A DNA stretch of 64,000 bases from Eledone cirrhosa (taxonomy: Eukaryota): NCBI GenBank assembly GCA_964016885.1, contig OZ024743.1:110050001-110114000 (forward strand), read 5' to 3'. Positions 57,996-64,000 of the stretch are shown in pieces. The translations under genes and the position numbers were made by a program. The first letter of the stretch is position 1. The number at the start of each line of letters is the position of its first letter. Under the pieces are notes generated by a model. The model was not told the DNA's origin. It made no database searches and saw only the letters and a list, made by a program, of their open reading frames with translations.

Positions 57996-58426
57996 TAAAC
58001 AAATAATGAATAAAACAATGAAACAGTTCCTTATATTAAATAAAAAAAAGTTCATTATTTAACGATCGTTTCTAGGATATATATGTGTTAGAATTGGCAT
58101 GCATATTCAACAGATCTATGTACAAAATTATACAAAATTATACAAACTATCAAGATTAAATATACATACCAAACACACATATATGCCGTCTTCAGAAATA
58201 ATACAAAATATAATTATTTCTGAAGACGGCATATATGTGTGTTTGGTATGTATATTTAATCTTGATAGTTTGTATAATTTTGTATAATTTTGTACATAGA
58301 TCTGTTGAATATGCATGCCAATTCTAACACATATATATCCTAGAAACGATCGTTAAATAATGAACTTTTTTTGTTTAATATAAGGAACTGTTTCATTGTT
58401 TTATTCATTATTTGTTTAATATTTTA
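57988..58426. repeat. Near-perfect palindrome (~215-bp arms, ~8-bp spacer)
   Basis: Arms read as reverse complements with about one mismatch. Confidence 0.96.
58213..58361 (+). ncRNA. Type I hammerhead ribozyme with a very long stem II (mirror copy 58054-58202, -)
   Basis: attattt CTGAAGA [~115-nt hairpin] GAAA cgatcg TT aaataat; 7-bp stem I and palindromic stem III. Confidence 0.7.
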
Positions 58427-58621
58427 TCTTGACTCTGTATTCCGTTTATCTTTCACCGAAAGTGATTTTTCATTACATCTCTTCTTTCCATGATATCCGG
58501 AATACATTGAGTTCTTCATACGGATTGGACACTACCGTAAACTATTGGTAGATTTATCTACATATATATATATATATATATATATATGAAAAGTGTAATT
58601 CTCTACACAAAAAGAAGGTTA

Positions 58622-59298
58622 TAGAGAAAATTGATGTTGGTAATGGCACATGGAATATATAAGAGACAGAATACTTTTTTGTGAAAAAACATATAATTTT
58701 ATAAGGTAAGTAAATAATAAAGGGTATAAAAAAATGACCGGTTTCGATGGGTCTGCAAAAGCCATCTTTTCAAATGTTGATTAATATTGAGAAAAATTAA
58801 TAATACGAAGAGTTAAAATTTGAGATTTGAAAATTCAAGTATAAAATTCATTGTGGGATTTCATAGTAGTTTTCATCTTGGTAGCAACAAGTTGACTGCT
58901 GTGTGCCTTTCTGGTAGTGAATGAGAAGTTATTTGGGGGTGTGGGTTATTTTATATAGGTCAGATTTAGCAATGGCCAGCTGGCCATTATAACTTCTCAT
59001 TCACTACCAGAAAGGCACACAGCAGTCAACTTGTTGCTACCAAGATGAAAACTACTATGAAATCCCACAATGAATTTTATACTTGAATTTTCAAATCTCA
59101 AATTTTAACTCTTCGTATTATTAATTTTTCTTAATATTAATCAACATTTGAAAATATGGCTTTTGCAGACCCATCGAAACCGGTCATTTTTTATACCCTT
59201 TATTATTTCCTTACCTTATAAAATTATATGTTTTTTCACAAAAAAGTATTCTGTCTCTTATATATTCCATGTGCCATTACCAACCTCAATTTTCTCTC
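58622..59298. repeat. Inverted repeat pair (~310-bp arms)
   Basis: 58622-58932 is the reverse complement of 58989-59298. Confidence 0.93.
58731..58778 (-). ncRNA. Type I hammerhead ribozyme with U3-A8 core (mirror copy 59143-59190, +)
   Basis: aacat TTGAAAA gatgg-cttttgcagac-ccatc GAAA ccgg TC atttt; stem I is weak. Confidence 0.65.
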
Positions 59299-59590
59299 TC
59301 TCTATATATATATATATACATATATATATACATGTCTGTGTAATACGTGTGATGAACGCTTAGTTCAATCCGACGTTTTATTCAATACATTTCCTGGTCA
59401 AATGGTTCTTGAGTTCTCTTTTCTTTCTCTACACGTGCAACAATATTTCTGTTCTGTACTTCATTGTCCGTTTTTGTTTCCTTCCTTAGCAAAATTGTTC
59501 GAAGATTAAAATCAATGCGCCTCTCTGCGTTTAGATCCCTAATTATTCAGCAAGTAATAAGCTACTATTCCATCAGGAGCTGAAAGTCAA

Positions 59591-59634
<44 letters not shown>

Positions 59635-59821
59635 GACGTAAAATAAGAAAAGGAGTGAACATTTTAGTAAGTTAATTTTTAATTTTTAAAATTTTCGTAT
59701 TTTACGTCTTTCATATACTTGTTCTGCATCCCCCTGCATTGAACCACCTAGGTACTTTGACATAACTTATATATTTACTAGTATTAGTGTACATCTGTAC
59801 GCATATGTTGGTAGATGTATT

Positions 59822-59919
<98 letters not shown>

Positions 59920-60354
59920 TTTTTTAACTTCTATTATAATTCATGCAGTTATCATTTTCATATTCACATTGTTATCAGTTAAATATATATATCGATATTC
60001 AACATAAGATCATGTTCAGAAATATTCATTGTTCTAAAATATAAGAGCATTTTATGATCTAGCAGTCGATTTGAAGTACATATTTGCGGTTTATATTAAG
60101 ACATTTGGAAAATTTACAGGAATGTTTCAGAGAGAAATGTCTCATATAATATTTTAGATATTTTAAATTAAATAATATTTATTACGTTATGTTCATTCAT
60201 TAACACGTTTGTACACATGTACACAAACACATTTATATATGTGTCTATGCATGTGCTTAGTATATACATATACACACACATATATATATATATATATACA
60301 CAACACACACACACATATATATATATATAAACATATCATCTATCTCTCTCTCTC

Positions 60355-60472
<118 letters not shown>

Positions 60473-61302
60473 AAATGTATGTATATGTATATATCTATGT
60501 ATGAATGTATGCATATATACATAGATGAATGGATGTTTATGCATGTATATATATATCTATATATATCTATATCTATATCTATATATATCTATATATATAT
60601 ATCTATATATATATATATATCTCTCTCTATATATATATGTGTGTGTATGTGTGTGTGTTTGTGTGTGTGTTCATATAATAGAGTATGCGTTCGTAAATTA
60701 CATTATTTGAAACATCAATAAACAATGCTGAAACAAAAATGCACACAATCAGAAAGCCAATATATTCGTGCATTGGAAAGGAAAAATTATAAATAAAAAA
60801 CAGTAACAAAACATGATTATAAATAATAAGCAAAAATGTCAATTCAATGTTGGATACAAAATTAAATATAACTAAATATATTTCTTCACTAAAAATTATT
60901 GCTGATAAAATAAATATTCTCGATTCGAAATGTAATAATTTTACTGGAAACGAAGACGCCAAAAATAAACATGCATCATGGCCATGGACTTTTCAAATAC
61001 TTATTGAATATGCATTCTTTCAAGAGAAACTTAATTAGTGTTTGCTACATCGATATCAATATCTAAGATATTGTTTTTCAAATTCCCAATAATCGATTAA
61101 ATTTCATATTGAATTATATATTACACCTTTTTGGAAACAATTTAAATGAGACAAACAACAATATACACTCCTAAACGAAAACATGAGCATTCTATGGTTT
61201 TGGGCGGATGAAATTGGTGGTGTAAGTGTGTATGTGTGTTTGTGTACGTGCATGTGTATGCAAATCATTGAGGCATATACATCCACATATGTCTACACAC
61301 AC

Positions 61303-61365
<63 letters not shown>

Positions 61366-61464
61366 AATATATATATATTTATATGTATATATATATATAT
61401 ATGTTTGTATAAATATATAAATATATATATATATGTACATTTGTATATATATAAATATATCTAC

Positions 61465-61800
<336 letters not shown>

Positions 61801-62434
61801 GCATGTATATATATTAAAATGTACATATATATCTATTTATATAATTATACAAACATAAATATATATACATGCATACACACACATATATATATATATATAT
61901 ATATGCGTGTGTGTGTGTGTGTGTTTATACGGGTGTGCGCGTGTGTGTGTATGTTTGTGTATGTATAGAGATATATACATATATAACTATATATATGAAT
62001 ATGTAAACGTATATATGGATACACATTCAGATGTCGTTATTTCGTATCAAGAATCGTTGATTAGTTTAGCAGTCGCAAACTCCAAATAATAAGTACTGGT
62101 GTAAGCATGATTATGCACTCCAATTGAATACACATATCCCTGTATGATATGGTATCGTGCAGGTCAGTGAATGATGGAGCACTGGTATAATAATGAAGAA
62201 AGCAATAATATTTTACTTTTCCACTCTAGATTTATTAAGTAATAACTCTATAATAAATATGATTTGTTGAAGTGAAACGTTACAGCTTTCTTCATATATA
62301 TATATATATATATATATATGACAAATATGGGGAGAAGAATACTGCATGGTTGCACATGGATTACATATTATAAAATGAGTCCCTCATCAGTGATTTGCCA
62401 ACGATCATTGGTATTTCATCGCATATATATATTG

Positions 62435-62950
62435 CAAGGTATTGGATATGAAATCGTGTTGAGACAAATATTGTTATATTTGGGGGAGGGTCATACTGTT
62501 ATAATATTACCAGAAATAATGATAGAACAAACTCACATACACATGAACAAGAACACACACACCCATCAGCAAACACACATGCAAATGCATGCGTAAAGAG
62601 AGACAGAGAGAAGGATAAATAAATAGATAAATACAATTTTAATGGAGTAGGCATTACAATGCAACTGGAGGAAGCCTAATAGTACCAGTGATGATGTCAC
62701 AAAGGTGTTACAAAAGAATTTTGATAGAATATATAATTATATATATACATATATATATATATATATACATATTTATATCGGAATATTTAATCGTTGGTCA
62801 ATCAATGATAAACATTGATTGCGAGATACATTAACTATGGAGATATAAAATGATTCAGAAGCGAAAACCAACCCAGACTAAACAGTGAGTGTGTTCTATT
62901 ATTATTTCTGGCAATATTATAACAATATGACCCTCCCCAAATATAACAAC
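62435..62950. repeat. Diverged 3'-UTR fragments of the 23-28 kb PLE family, inverted arrangement
   Basis: CTGGCAATATT...ATATGACCCTCCCCAA.TATAACAA terminus on + at ~62910-62950 and on - at ~62470-62515. Confidence 0.8.
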
Positions 62951-63020
<70 letters not shown>

Positions 63021-63499
63021 TTTCTACGATGACAGATAGAAGCTGATATATGTATTGTGGAGTCAGGTCAAAGCAGTATATGCTGTATATAATGAGACAG
63101 AGAGTCACATGGTTGACCACTGCATGAGCGGGTACTGTCGTATAGTAGGAAGCAACGTATACCTGCTGACTTAAAAGTTGGTTAAATTGTAGTTTATGTA
63201 GTCTTTGTATGACTTCGTCGGAGCTGCTGACGAGTCCAGGAAAAAGTACCAAGCATAGGCTTGAGAATCTGCGAGAGTAACCAGGCGATTATATATAGGG
63301 ATCCTTCTATACTCGAGACAATTGGTCAAATCTGTAGATGAACATTCGTTTTGTGGGTTATAATGAGGTGGTAGAACGTTGTAGTCTGCTGTTTCTGGTG
63401 GTGAGATTATTTTTATAATTGTTTCTGTGTTGACTACGTCTGCAGATATCCGTCCAGGTGTTGTTGATATGATCTTCAATCTGGGATGCAGCAATGTCT

Positions 63500-64000
63500 G
63501 TGTTAGATGCTCATATGACAAGCTGTTTTATGTGTGTCTCCAGATGACGCAGAATTATTTCCCTTTGTCGGAAGGGAGGTATACAAAGTCCTTCTTTCGC
63601 ATGTTGTTTAGAATGAGATTTTCATTCCTGGAGAGGTTAGGGAGTACCTTCTAATGTTTCAGTAATATGCTAAAAATAGACTGCTTAAGTCTGGAGAATT
63701 TGAGGTCAAGCTCTCAGTTGATATGTGGTGGAGAGTGTGGGTGGCTTAAGTGGTATATAGGAAATTTGATGTTGTTCATCGCAGTAGTAGCGATTATTAC
63801 TGCGAGTCATTTGAATTAGTAAGCAGCTGGGCACAAGCTGGCTTCAAGATTTAGTTTCTTTCTGTCGTTTAGTCGCTGATTTAATATACATTTTTAACCA
63901 AGGGTGAAGAGCTTAAGTTCTTCGTGTGATAGTGATCCTGTCAATCTGTGACGAGAGTTGTGGTATTGTTTGAAGTATCAGTGATCTCTCTGGTGGTAGT
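63500..64000 (-). mobile_element. N-terminal ORF remnant of another Penelope-like element
   Basis: Minus strand reads LSHEELKLFTLG*K and NLSRNENLILNNMRKKDFVYLPSDKGK (DKG motif). Confidence 0.7.

Noticed and set aside
58099-58316. Two near-identical 62-aa ORFs on opposite strands
   Set aside because: A consequence of the DNA palindrome.
63218-63258. CTGACGAGTCC hammerhead-like start
   Set aside because: No properly placed stem II closure or GAAA.

Overview
Repeat-saturated, AT-rich animal genomic DNA with no recognisable host protein-coding gene. The mix of SINEs, (TA)n/(CA)n tracts and retroelements looks cephalopod/octopus-like (inference). Contents: two tandem Tx1/L1-clade LINEs bounded by (TTA)n, with near-identical ORF2 but divergent ORF1; a Dong/R4-like 3' remnant; tRNA-derived SINEs; three Penelope-like element (PLE) loci (a head-to-head RT+GIY-YIG pair, a Naiad-like copy with an in-frame TGA at a conserved Cys, and an N-terminal fragment); and Chapaev3-like and mariner remnants. 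The main unexplained signal is a dense set of short non-coding repeat families embedded in (TA)n, arranged as partial tandems or 3'-outward inverted pairs. Many carry hand-foldable type I hammerhead ribozymes, including U3-A8 cores, a CAGUUGA core and one with a ~115-nt stem II. All folds and family assignments were made by eye and are unverified by computation.
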